Below, piece by piece: positions 7,023-16,300 of a stretch of DNA of 31,220 nucleotides (positions within the stretch are counted from its first letter, which is position 1; each line of letters starts with the position of its first letter). Under the pieces are notes generated by a model. The model searched no databases. It had not been told where the DNA came from and was given only the letters and a program-made list of their open reading frames with translations. The stretch is from positions 1 through 31,220 of IMG/VR virus record IMGVR_UViG_3300030101_003097. One strand, 5' to 3'. The translations under genes were made by a program, and so were the position numbers. The stretch comes from a virus. Its lineage: Duplodnaviria > Caudoviricetes.

Positions 7023-7534
7023 AGAAAGCTTTAGCACTTTTTTGTTTATTACCTACGGCGGCATTTGCCGATATAAAACAGGAATTTGTAACTTCGGCTC
7101 AAATAACAGTCGATATGCCTTATTCAGTAACTAATAAAGTCGGTACAACTTATAGCTTAAGTGGTAACAATATTACGCCTTCGGTAACTATAGGAGATAC
7201 TACAACATCGGGAAAGATCGGGGGGATAAATGTAGGAAGTCTTACAAGTGGTGTCCCCGCTATGATTCAAACCGATACTACAGTAACCACGAGCGGCTCT
7301 GCTTTCAGCAAAACGGAATCTGTAATCATGGGCGATTCGTCTCCCTCAGCGATAACGCCAAGTAGTGGAATCGCGGCTTTACCTCACTTAGGGGGACAAA
7401 CTACCGTTGGTTCGGGCGGCACGGCGGGGACTTTAGCTTTAACGTCATTGAGTTCCGGTGTTCACACTTGTACCGCCGGCGGGTCGGGAACTAGCTGTAT
7501 AGGCTCGACTAAAGTTACTATTACAATTGACTAA
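7019..7534 (+). CDS. exported Ser/Thr/Gly-rich beta protein
   Basis: Signal peptide MKKALALFCLLPTAAFA|; C-terminal Cys pair; ATGA coupling. Confidence 0.8.
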   Translation: MKKALALFCLLPTAAFADIKQEFVTSAQITVDMPYSVTNKVGTTYSLSGNNITPSVTIGDTTTSGKIGGINVGSLTSGVPAMIQTDTTVTTSGSAFSKTESVIMGDSSPSAITPSSGIAALPHLGGQTTVGSGGTAGTLALTSLSSGVHTCTAGGSGTSCIGSTKVTITID

Positions 7535-7958
7535 ATATTGGATATTAATATTTTTACTAATACCGGTAAAAGCTTTAGCAGTTCCGGTGGTTCCTCAATT
7601 CAGATCGGGCTCAAGTACGACTTCTAGCACAAGCGAAAGTGTAATAAATGAAACCATAACTAGCTATCAATTTAGAAGCGGATATACCTATAGTGCAAGC
7701 GGCCATAATATAAAAAGTAATACGGATTATATAAACCCTACCGCTACTACTTTAGACCAACAAACCGTTAACGGTGTAAATTTTAGTTGGACTTCCCCAA
7801 ATTTAGAGGCTATTCCTCGTTGGTCTATTGTCAATCAGGGAGCGGCTTTTTCACTACAAGAAACGTTGATTACACCATCGTTAGATACTATAACTACAGT
7901 AACTAGGACTATAAACACATCAACAACTACAGAAACTACAACTACGTTTGGTCAATAA
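7527..7958 (+). CDS. exported Thr-rich beta protein (VPVVPQF motif)
   Basis: Signal peptide ...LIPVKALA|; TTG start overlaps the upstream gene. Confidence 0.75.
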   Translation: MTKYWILIFLLIPVKALAVPVVPQFRSGSSTTSSTSESVINETITSYQFRSGYTYSASGHNIKSNTDYINPTATTLDQQTVNGVNFSWTSPNLEAIPRWSIVNQGAAFSLQETLITPSLDTITTVTRTINTSTTTETTTTFGQ

Positions 7959-8533
7959 TTTTACTGTTATTACCTGTTAAACCTGTTTTTGCTAACACAA
8001 CCGTAGCCTCGCCTCAAAGCCAAAGTACAGGCGTAGTGAATAATAACGCCCAAATGATATTACCGTCGGCCACGCCGCAGTTTAGAATGTCGCAAGGAAT
8101 AGTTTGTAGTTCACCGAGCCTAACGATTACTCCCTACTTAACCGACGCTTGGAGTTTTAACCGACCTATCGAAACCGTTACGCGGCAAGCTATATATGAC
8201 GAAAATACCGGCGAAATAAAATATTACCAAGAAACGCCAAGATTCGAGAAAGATAATTACAACCTAAATTACGGTATAAGTATGCAAATAAATATTCCTT
8301 TAGGTAAAGCACCAGCACTATGCCACGAAGCAACCGAAGTTAATATAGCGGCCCAAAAACTTTTAATAGCCAAAACTAAAATGGAAATGGAATTATATAG
8401 GCTTAAATTATGCTCTGAGCAAGTAAAACTCGGTGTTCAATTTGTTGGTAAATACGCTACTACTTGCGAAGGTATTAAAGTTTCTATTCCGCCAAACCAA
8501 GTTTTGCCACATACACACAAGATTGAAAAGTAG
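7919..8533 (+). CDS. exported protein with amphipathic beta-hairpin and Cys-containing helices; start uncertain
   Basis: Frame is open from 7907 and encodes a signal-like WSIILLLLPVKPVFA upstream of the tracked GTG 8036; no ATG/GTG/TTG before it (ATC 7919 used provisionally); YGISMQINIPLG strand; four Cys. Confidence 0.65.
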   Translation: MNNYRNYNYVWSIILLLLPVKPVFANTTVASPQSQSTGVVNNNAQMILPSATPQFRMSQGIVCSSPSLTITPYLTDAWSFNRPIETVTRQAIYDENTGEIKYYQETPRFEKDNYNLNYGISMQINIPLGKAPALCHEATEVNIAAQKLLIAKTKMEMELYRLKLCSEQVKLGVQFVGKYATTCEGIKVSIPPNQVLPHTHKIEK

Positions 8534-8563
8534 ATAAGCTTACGGGTTTTTTAGCCTATCTAC
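8530..8563. terminator. hairpin at convergent gene junction
   Basis: GTAGATAAGCT (8530-8540) / AGCCTATCTAC (8553-8563); 11 bp with one G-U pair on the minus-strand RNA; both stop codons lie in the stem; no long U tract. Confidence 0.45.
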
Positions 8564-9200
8564 CGTTATTTATTTTATCTTTTTTCTTAGTCATTTTAGT
8601 AATTATTTGTTTTACTAACGGTTTTACAGCGTTAAGTATAAGCGGAGCAGAAGAGCCAACCAAAGCAAGACTAAAAACGCCAACAAATTGAGGTGCGGAG
8701 GGTATGTACTGGTCTTTCCATTCGACACTTTCATACAAAGTTATGCACTCACGCTTATTATCCGATAATTTATGGCCGATGACGACCTCTAATTTTTTTT
8801 CGTTACGAAAGTCACCCCGCCGTAAATCTTTATTAGAGGGACATTCCGGTATTACTATTTCTTCTTCTTTTTTTACTTCGTTGTTTACTTCCGGCATATC
8901 CGGTTTTGGTATTTCGGGCGTTTGGTCGTTAGATAAAGGTTCTTCGACCATAATTAAATTTTCCGGCGTGTAATCTAAAGGGAAAAAACTAGGGAATGGA
9001 AAGTCGCACGTCGTAAAAACTCCGTTAGGGTCGTCTAATAATAAATTTCTATTACCGGTATTTTTTATATCTCTATGTTGGTAAGTACAACCGATAACTT
9101 CTATATCTAAATTTTTAACCGAATGATTAATATACGGCGTATAGATAGGAACTATATCCGGTATATAAATATCCGGAATAGAAATATCTTTTATATCCAC
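8556..9200 (-). CDS. membrane-anchored protein with four Cys and a Pro/Glu-rich linker
   Basis: GC..H, C, CP, CI motifs; hydrophobic segment FVGVFSLALVGSSAPLIL followed by a basic tail. Confidence 0.75.
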   Translation of the reverse strand: MDIKDISIPDIYIPDIVPIYTPYINHSVKNLDIEVIGCTYQHRDIKNTGNRNLLLDDPNGVFTTCDFPFPSFFPLDYTPENLIMVEEPLSNDQTPEIPKPDMPEVNNEVKKEEEIVIPECPSNKDLRRGDFRNEKKLEVVIGHKLSDNKRECITLYESVEWKDQYIPSAPQFVGVFSLALVGSSAPLILNAVKPLVKQIITKMTKKKDKINNGR

Positions 9201-9424
9201 TAATTAGTTTTTAAAGGAGTGGGGATAGGTAAGCCAGTTGATCTTGGCATACGTTGGTCAATAATATCGGGGACAGTTGGCTTTAGATTAGAAAGTACCT
9301 CGTTAATCATTCGTGCCTTAAACTGCTCCGATGTAACGTATTTATATCCGAAATATCCCCCTCCTAACATTGACGCTGATATTATAAAACTTAAAATAGA
9401 TAATATTTGAGAAATTTTTGCCAT
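9200..9424 (-). CDS. small N-terminally anchored membrane protein
   Basis: TM ILSILSFIISASMLGGGYFGY, then a helix and a Pro-rich tail. Confidence 0.75.
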   Translation of the reverse strand: MAKISQILSILSFIISASMLGGGYFGYKYVTSEQFKARMINEVLSNLKPTVPDIIDQRMPRSTGLPIPTPLKTN

Positions 9425-9554
9425 GATAAAATTTGCTATTTTAAAAGCACTATCTTTTTCAAGTGTACTTGTATTACTGCTTATTGTAGCCCTATCCCCT
9501 CTCTACGTCACTATGGGGATAATGACAAGGCAAATGCACGAAAAGGTTAACTAA
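9423..9554 (+). CDS. 43-aa single-TM peptide, antisense to the late operon, not in ORF track
   Basis: MIKFAILKALSFSSVLVLLLIVALSPLYVTMGIMTRQMHEKVN*; spans the whole gap between two minus-strand genes. Confidence 0.55.
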   Translation: MIKFAILKALSFSSVLVLLLIVALSPLYVTMGIMTRQMHEKVN

Positions 9555-9733
9555 TCAGCAGCTTCGGCTGTGTTTCCCTCTGCTACCCAAGCAAGGTACT
9601 CTTGGTAGTCTGTGTTTGCTTCGTCAAATGGAATAATTGTAACAACATTTCCATTTTGTTTTTTTACTTGATCTGTAACCCCTGTTATTGGATTGTTAAC
9701 TAATTTATAGATTGGATTTGTTGGAAAAGCCAT
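9551..9733 (-). CDS. small tail-fibre-associated (chaperone-like) protein
   Basis: IPFDEANTDYQEYLAWVAEGNT motif typical of genes following marine phage fibres. Confidence 0.75.
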   Translation of the reverse strand: MAFPTNPIYKLVNNPITGVTDQVKKQNGNVVTIIPFDEANTDYQEYLAWVAEGNTAEAAD

Positions 9734-9735
9734 AA

Positions 9736-10923
9736 TTACAACTCCGCAGAAAAGGAAACTTTTGCATCATTATGGTTAGCAATAACCATAGAAGAATGAC
9801 CAGCAGTTCTTCCTGATATTCCATCATTGCTATAAGCATTTAAAACTGACATATTTTCATTACTATTCCACAATGAACTAAATGTATTAAAACCATCGTT
9901 TGAATCGTTTGAATATACCAAATAATAACTTGTACCTGTTACAACTTCCAAAGAAGGTTTTGCTCTCATAGTTGTTGGAAAATAAATATAAGTAAAGAGG
10001 TTGTTATTTGCATACATAACTCCAACACCTACAGAGTCCTGTCCGTCACCAATTATACCCCCAACGTGTCGGTAGTAATACCTCTGACATAAAGCAAGCT
10101 CCTGACCGAATGACTTAAATTCGAAGTCGCTCGAAAATGACCCTACTTCTAATTGAACTCCCGTCACATCAAATGTTGCATTAGTTGTAGTTGCCCATGT
10201 TGTTGTCATATCAGGCCAACGAGTCAATCCACTTCCTGTAGTGTTCCAAGCGTTAAAAGTACCACTTCCACCAGTAAATTGTGTTCCATAATATGGAATA
10301 AATGAAAGTATAAGGCCAATGCCATTATCATTGTTTACTGTGATACCAGAGTTGCCGGGGATGGTTTTTGTTATTTTTGTCCATTGGTCAGCAGTTAAAG
10401 AAATCTCAAAAGGATAATGTCGTTGTGTTCCGTCATGGGAAGTGAGTACCCCAACATAAGATTGTGTGACACTAGCTCTAACCCAAAAAGAAACTGTAAC
10501 AAAACTAGAACTTGAAGTATAATCCCAACCACTTTGAGCAACATCTTGTGCTTCTATTCTTTGATCTATTTGTAAATATTGATTAGTTGCAGCACCAATA
10601 CCACTTTGATTTAAAAGTCTCATATACTTTCTAAATCCAAAAGTGTATGGTGTATCAGTTGTAGCTAAATCTTGTTGTGATTCTGTAATTGTACCAACTG
10701 ATATTTGCGTCATAAATCTATCTAAAGTGTGATAAGTACTTTGAGCACCAGTTGTATTGTTTGTAGTCGCACGTTGAGCCACTTGCATAGCTCCGTTAAT
10801 TATTAAATTACGATTAGGTTTATTAGTAATATTAGCAGTACACGTTCCAGCAGAACTATCAAGCGTGATAGCAGCCGTACTAGCTCCTGTTCCTTTTATG
10901 CTGTTGACTTTTATTTCTGACAT
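9736..10923 (-). CDS. tail fibre/receptor-binding protein with putative carbohydrate-binding module
   Basis: NRNLIINGAMQVAQR, TGVQLEVG...FE, ELALCQRYY, MRAKP motifs. Confidence 0.8.
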   Translation of the reverse strand: MSEIKVNSIKGTGASTAAITLDSSAGTCTANITNKPNRNLIINGAMQVAQRATTNNTTGAQSTYHTLDRFMTQISVGTITESQQDLATTDTPYTFGFRKYMRLLNQSGIGAATNQYLQIDQRIEAQDVAQSGWDYTSSSSFVTVSFWVRASVTQSYVGVLTSHDGTQRHYPFEISLTADQWTKITKTIPGNSGITVNNDNGIGLILSFIPYYGTQFTGGSGTFNAWNTTGSGLTRWPDMTTTWATTTNATFDVTGVQLEVGSFSSDFEFKSFGQELALCQRYYYRHVGGIIGDGQDSVGVGVMYANNNLFTYIYFPTTMRAKPSLEVVTGTSYYLVYSNDSNDGFNTFSSLWNSNENMSVLNAYSNDGISGRTAGHSSMVIANHNDAKVSFSAEL

Positions 10924-10925
10924 AA

Positions 10926-11240
10926 TTAACTAGGCTTTGGGTTAGCGTCTTTAACCGCTTTGATGTGGCTTGCCCACGTTCCAGTTGTATCTAGTTTACC
11001 TGCAAGCATATCGTCATACAACATTGCTAATTGCTCTCTCCAAAAACCATAAGTTTTAGAACCTGTTTCTATTCTTTTATTAATATAATCCTGTTTTGTA
11101 AATTCAGCTTCAACTGCACTCATATCTATAGAAACATCATTTCCTGATGAATCTTTAGCGGTGTAAGTTGTTCCGTCATAATTTACAACAACAACATTTG
11201 AATATAGTTGATAAATAATATTTTCTTTTTGTATTTTCAT
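10926..11240 (-). CDS. fibre-associated small protein (chaperone-like)
   Basis: EQL.MLYDD...W..HIKAVKDANPKP; paralog of 11833-12123. Confidence 0.7.
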   Translation of the reverse strand: MKIQKENIIYQLYSNVVVVNYDGTTYTAKDSSGNDVSIDMSAVEAEFTKQDYINKRIETGSKTYGFWREQLAMLYDDMLAGKLDTTGTWASHIKAVKDANPKPS

Positions 11241-11836
11241 GCTGCCACCTCCGCTAAAAATATTTGTGCAGGGCTGTAATTAGGATCGCCAACTGGAGCA
11301 TAAACAGCGTCAGAACCAAATACTCTTGAAAGTCTAAAAGAATAAGTTGTTGCTGAAGTAGTGTTTGGAGAGTCTAAATAATGTATTGTCCAAGAACCAT
11401 AGCTAGAAGCATGACCGCCTACATAAGCCAAGCCATGCGTAGAATGTCCTAGATTAGTACTTCCTCTAAAAAGGCTTAAGCCCGCAGTAGTGGTATTAGT
11501 TGTATAATAATTTCCTGATGCCAAAACGAAAACTTTGCTACTTGTAGCTGAAGGTGTAATATCTGCTGTTAATGCTGTTGTGTAAAAAGTACCAGTATTT
11601 GATGAAGCAGTTGTTCTTGCTTGTGTTTCTGCACGAACAGTTTGAAGAATTTTACCTCCCCCTGCTGCTGCAAAAGCTAAATTTCCCGAACCATCTGTTT
11701 TTAAAAAAGTATCAGCACTACCATCAGCTACAGGAAGTTGTAATTCTACAGCAGCATTGCCTGTAGTTGTTGAAGGTGCTTTAAGGCTTACTGACCCACC
11801 ACCTGATGCTGCGTTTAGTTTAATCTTTGCTGTCAT
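11237..11836 (-). CDS. short tail fibre/adhesin-like protein
   Basis: LPVADG....LKTDGSGNL.F fibre motif; GKILQ...ITPS..SSKV...EVAA C-terminal domain. Confidence 0.7.
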   Translation of the reverse strand: MTAKIKLNAASGGGSVSLKAPSTTTGNAAVELQLPVADGSADTFLKTDGSGNLAFAAAGGGKILQTVRAETQARTTASSNTGTFYTTALTADITPSATSSKVFVLASGNYYTTNTTTAGLSLFRGSTNLGHSTHGLAYVGGHASSYGSWTIHYLDSPNTTSATTYSFRLSRVFGSDAVYAPVGDPNYSPAQIFLAEVAA

Positions 11837-12123
11837 GGTTTAGGATATTTGTCTTTGGTTACTTTGATAGTAGCTTTCCAAGCATCTATACCATTATGAT
11901 AGATGTCATCTAGCTGATCTTCAATAGTTGGGTATTCTGCTTTACGTTGGCCTTGATAAGCTATCGCAGCAGCTTCGGCATTTAAAGTAACTCTTGCTGC
12001 GTCTATATCAGATTGAACAAGTGTTATTTGCGTTCCATCTTCTTTAAATGCTCCTACGCTGTCATCTATTCTTACAGCGTCAGAGTAAGCCTTGCGTATT
12101 GCTTCGTGATCTAATTTTGCCAT
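11833..12123 (-). CDS. fibre-associated small protein (chaperone-like)
   Basis: YPTIEDQLDDIYH.GIDAWK..IK..KDKYPKP. Confidence 0.7.
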   Translation of the reverse strand: MAKLDHEAIRKAYSDAVRIDDSVGAFKEDGTQITLVQSDIDAARVTLNAEAAAIAYQGQRKAEYPTIEDQLDDIYHNGIDAWKATIKVTKDKYPKP

Positions 12124-12773
12124 TACGCTCCCACCTCAATTACATGAAAAGTAGAAACGCTTTGATAATCATCATTATTAAATCTGTTTAAATAAAAAGT
12201 ACCACCGCCAGTTCTCCAAAAAGGACTGTAAGTTCTTGCAGTAGTATTACCAGAAGTTTCGTAAGCTACAATCGGAACAACCATCATAAAATTGGTATTA
12301 ACATAAAAACTTCCTATACCATCTTCATTTGCACTAAAATCATCTGGCTGCATAACTTCTGATGATGTTCCAGAAAAATCAGTTGCCGTATTTCTTCTTA
12401 ATCTTATAGTACCTGCATTGTTATTAAGATTTACCATAAGAAATGCTTGAACGATAATAAGACTATCTGAAGCCGTTGGCGTTAATGTAATCCGAAAATC
12501 ACTACTTATTTCTGAATAAGTTCCAGAAGTAGTAGATGGCGAATTAGTTTTTTTAGAGGTTTTCCATTGAAGAAGTTTTCCATTACTTATTCCAGTACCA
12601 GTAACACCGCTATTACTTATTGACATTCTTTCAACACCACCAGTAGCAAACTTAATAGTGTCAGCAGAAGGGAATGTTATACCAGTATTGCTATCCGTTC
12701 CAGTTACAGCAGGGGCAGATACGCTTCCATCAACCCCAGAAATACCAGTAGTGCCGTTAATGTTTAAAGCCAT
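12123..12773 (-). CDS. short tail fibre/adhesin-like protein
   Basis: DSNTGITFP.ADTI.F.TGG.ERM motif; GKLLQ...ITLTP...EVGA domain paralogous to 11237-11836. Confidence 0.7.
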   Translation of the reverse strand: MALNINGTTGISGVDGSVSAPAVTGTDSNTGITFPSADTIKFATGGVERMSISNSGVTGTGISNGKLLQWKTSKKTNSPSTTSGTYSEISSDFRITLTPTASDSLIIVQAFLMVNLNNNAGTIRLRRNTATDFSGTSSEVMQPDDFSANEDGIGSFYVNTNFMMVVPIVAYETSGNTTARTYSPFWRTGGGTFYLNRFNNDDYQSVSTFHVIEVGA

Positions 12774-12775
12774 AA

Positions 12776-13360
12776 TTAAAGAATAACTAAAATTGCTCCG
12801 CTTGGCACGGTTATTGTGACACCCGAATTTATAGTCGGGCTGACCGTGTGAGCGTTTTTACCGCTACTAAGGGTGTAACTTGTAGTGGCAGCTTGGTCGG
12901 ACTCAAAGAAAACTTCGTCGGTCCCGCCTCCGGTAGCTCCCGCACCTCCACCTATCGCACCCCACGCACCGTTATTATATCCTTCGAACTGATTTAAAGT
13001 ACTATTATGACGAAACATTCCAACCGCAGGGGAACCGTCTCTTTGTGCCGTCGTTCCACTCGGGATATTTAAACTTGACGTATAATTATGAATTACTTTT
13101 CCGGTAAAAGTACCACCCGTAAGAGGTGCTAAACCGAAAGCCGTAGTAGCTACAGGGCCTATCGTAACGTAACCATTATTCGCGGCGTTTCTAATTTTTA
13201 AGTTTCCATCAGATGTATCAACGTGCCATTGATATGCATAGTTTGTAGTTAAAGCACCGGACTTACTATTATTAGACGCTATAGCTTGAAATAAATTATT
13301 TAAGTCAGTTCTTACCGCACTTCCCGTTCCGTTATCAATTATAAAATCATGTTCAGCCAT
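12776..13360 (-). CDS. tail fibre base/proximal structural protein
   Basis: HDF.IDN.TG.AVR.DLN, IPSGTTAQR...G.FR.N....FEGY motifs; directly downstream of J. Confidence 0.7.
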   Translation of the reverse strand: MAEHDFIIDNGTGSAVRTDLNNLFQAIASNNSKSGALTTNYAYQWHVDTSDGNLKIRNAANNGYVTIGPVATTAFGLAPLTGGTFTGKVIHNYTSSLNIPSGTTAQRDGSPAVGMFRHNSTLNQFEGYNNGAWGAIGGGAGATGGGTDEVFFESDQAATTSYTLSSGKNAHTVSPTINSGVTITVPSGAILVIL

Positions 13361-13386
13361 TTTACGGAATGTTTTATTTTATTTTA

Positions 13387-16300
13387 TCAGCCTTTACCAA
13401 ATCCGACAGCTTGATATGTAAAATTTCTATCTATTGAAGCATTTGAACTGTTTTTAAATTCTACGGTGAAACCGGTAGATGCTACGTTGGTTACTAAAAA
13501 ATAATCCCCGCTAACCATATTTTGTGCATTGATACCAACCGAAGGTAAATTACTGTTGGCACCTAAAATAGAACTCGTTCCAACAAAAAACGGGTGTTGA
13601 AAAGTAATATTTTTTTGTCCCGCCCCGCTTGCGGTTACGTTTCCTTGCTCGGTTCTTCTTTGTATAGAGGCTGTATAACCTATTTGCGATACTTTTATAT
13701 CTTGAGCGACATCATTGCTAGTAAGTTTTGCCCTAAATTGGAATCCTCTTCCTTTATATGTACCGTTTGCAAATGTTTGGAAATCAGTATAAGTAGGCGA
13801 ACCTGAGGGATTATCTTGCGTTACACGGACTAGCATTTCAGCGTTGACTTCCGTAGCAGTAGCACCGTCAAAATCCGTAATACTATCAATTAAACCTCTA
13901 GAATCGAATAAATCGGAAGGATAAAAAGCTTCGGTTAAAAAATGTCTTTTTAAATCTAAACTAAATACTCCACCTAAATCTAAAGTATCGCCACCGGCTG
14001 TACCTCCAAAATCATAAGTTCCTAGAGGTACTATGCCACCAAAATCATCTAAAGAGCCAACAGCATCAAAATCGGTTATATCGTCAAAATTTCCTCCACC
14101 AACAAGGTTTATAGTATTTGTAGTCGCATCAAAGGCCACATTACTTTTAGTCCCTTGAAACTTAGGACTATCTAAATCTTCTCTTCTAGTTTGTGCTATT
14201 AAAGGAGCAAGGTTATCCGGTAAATCAATTATTACGCTCGTTTCTCCCGCACTAAATCTTCCGCCATCATCACGAAATTTTAAAATATATTCGCCTTCTA
14301 GATAAGGGACTTCCGCTGTTGTAGTATTACCGGCCAAAGCTTCTATAAGATCGGTACTATTAGAAAAAGTTGCGTTTCCATTTGTAAGTGGAGAGTGCCT
14401 TACATACACTCGGCCACCGTGCGTCACATCCAGATCGGTTGCTAAATTCCAACGAAGTCTTACTAATTTTTCGTTAATAGGTTCCGCCGACAAACCCGTA
14501 ACGTTACTAGGAACTGCAGTTTTTCCTACCGCGTTAAAAGTTAAGTTAGTAGAGGTTGCGGATAATTCTAAAGCCGTATTAAAACTAAAAACTTCTATTT
14601 CATAAGTACCAATAGACGTATTAAATATTTCGAAGTCGGGGCTAGAAACAGTATTAGAAACAAAATTACCATTATTAAATCTATAGTTAACTTGATATTG
14701 AGTAACGCCGGTAATAGGTTGCCAACTAATTATCAATTTACTTACGGCCTGATTATTTATAACAACTAATTTTTCTTCAGCTTGTAAAGCATTAGGGGGG
14801 TCTTTTAATTCATTTAAAATACTTACGGTCCTTGTAGGTAAAGAGGCCCCGTCTTCTATAAAGGCATATTTTTCATTAACGTAAGATAAAGCTGTAATCG
14901 TATAATTAATTCCGTCAACTTCTTCGACCGTTATAACCCTATAAAGTTGGGATTTAACGGTATCATTTGAAATAATCCAATTAGCATTAACGTTAGGAGT
15001 TTGAGAAAAAGCAGATGCAACTGTAATCGTCGCACCACTTACGGAGCTTATATTTTTACTTTCTATAGTGCCGTCGGGCATAATTACACTTAAAACCGGA
15101 TTGTTTGCGGTAGGTAAGTCTGTATTAGCCGAATTATCAACCGTAAGGACCGTCGTAGAAGTAACCGAAGCAATCTTACCTCCGCGTCTTAAACCGCTTC
15201 TAACAGGGTCTGCAATAGCTATTACAGCACTTGGTCTTACTACTACGCCGCTATCTATAGAAGTAGAAAAAGTAACGACTTCTGATTCATTTTGCTCTGC
15301 GAATAATATTGCTTTTCCTAAACGGGCCGCTTGACCTCTAGAAGTACACGCGAAAGCTTTTACTTGTTTTATTATCGAACCAAATTTAGCTATAGCGTTA
15401 GCATCTTCTACGACTTCAAAATCTATTTCTTGGGTATCCATATTAAAATAAGAAACCGAAACTACACTGTGTCGTTGCTTTAAACTACTACCGCTATAGT
15501 TAAAACCCTCGCTTGTCACGTTACTGAGGTTAAATAAATAACTTGCCGACGCAGGGCTATCTTGCTTAAGGCTTATACTTCCGGCGGTCCATATAGGCAT
15601 ACATCTCATTACGCCGGATAATTCATTAATAAGGTCGAAGGCCTCGCCGGAACCTTGAATATTTACATTGCATGAGAACCTCGCCTCTTGTCCTCCGAAA
15701 CCGTCGCTAACTAGAGTATTAGCAAACTTACTAGCCGTTACAAACGAAAATAAATCTAAATTACTATCGCTTATATGATCGCCAAAACCATAACGACTAT
15801 TAGTCAAAAGGTCTAATAAAATCATAGCGGGGCAAGATGTCCATACCGCCGCTCCCATAGTTCCGTTAAAAATATAACCTTCGGGATAAACTATTCTTCC
15901 GGTCGTGGCGTCAACTGTCGGAGTGCCGGAACTATTTGCACCCGCCGCCGGAATACGGACCTTTATACCTCTAACTCTAAATTTACGGCGTGGGATAGAC
16001 CCAAACTGCATTGAATCTAACCTTATAGCGGCGTACGCACTATTAGCGTAAGTATTAGAGTCGTCTATTATTTCAGCGATACTTGTCCACTGAAAAGCAT
16101 TAATTAAAGATGAGTTTGTACTATCCGGAGTAATTCTAGAAACCCTTATATCTACCGGAAAAGCACCGGTTAAATTAACGCGATAATCTCTTTGATAAGC
16201 GTCTGCAGTTCGGCCCGTTACTGTATCGGTAATAACGTCGGTAAAACCTCCCGAATTATATTGCACCGATATTTTAAATTGAACACTAGAACCTAATAAA

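Noticed and set aside
9559-9575. CAGC-TTCG-GCTG hairpin as terminator of the 43-aa ORF
   Set aside because: Short stem and weak U tract; GCTTCGGC recurs elsewhere simply as the antisense of GCC GAA GC codons
9736-12773. Diversity-generating retroelement acting on the adhesins
   Set aside because: No reverse transcriptase and no near-identical template/variable repeat pair seen in the window
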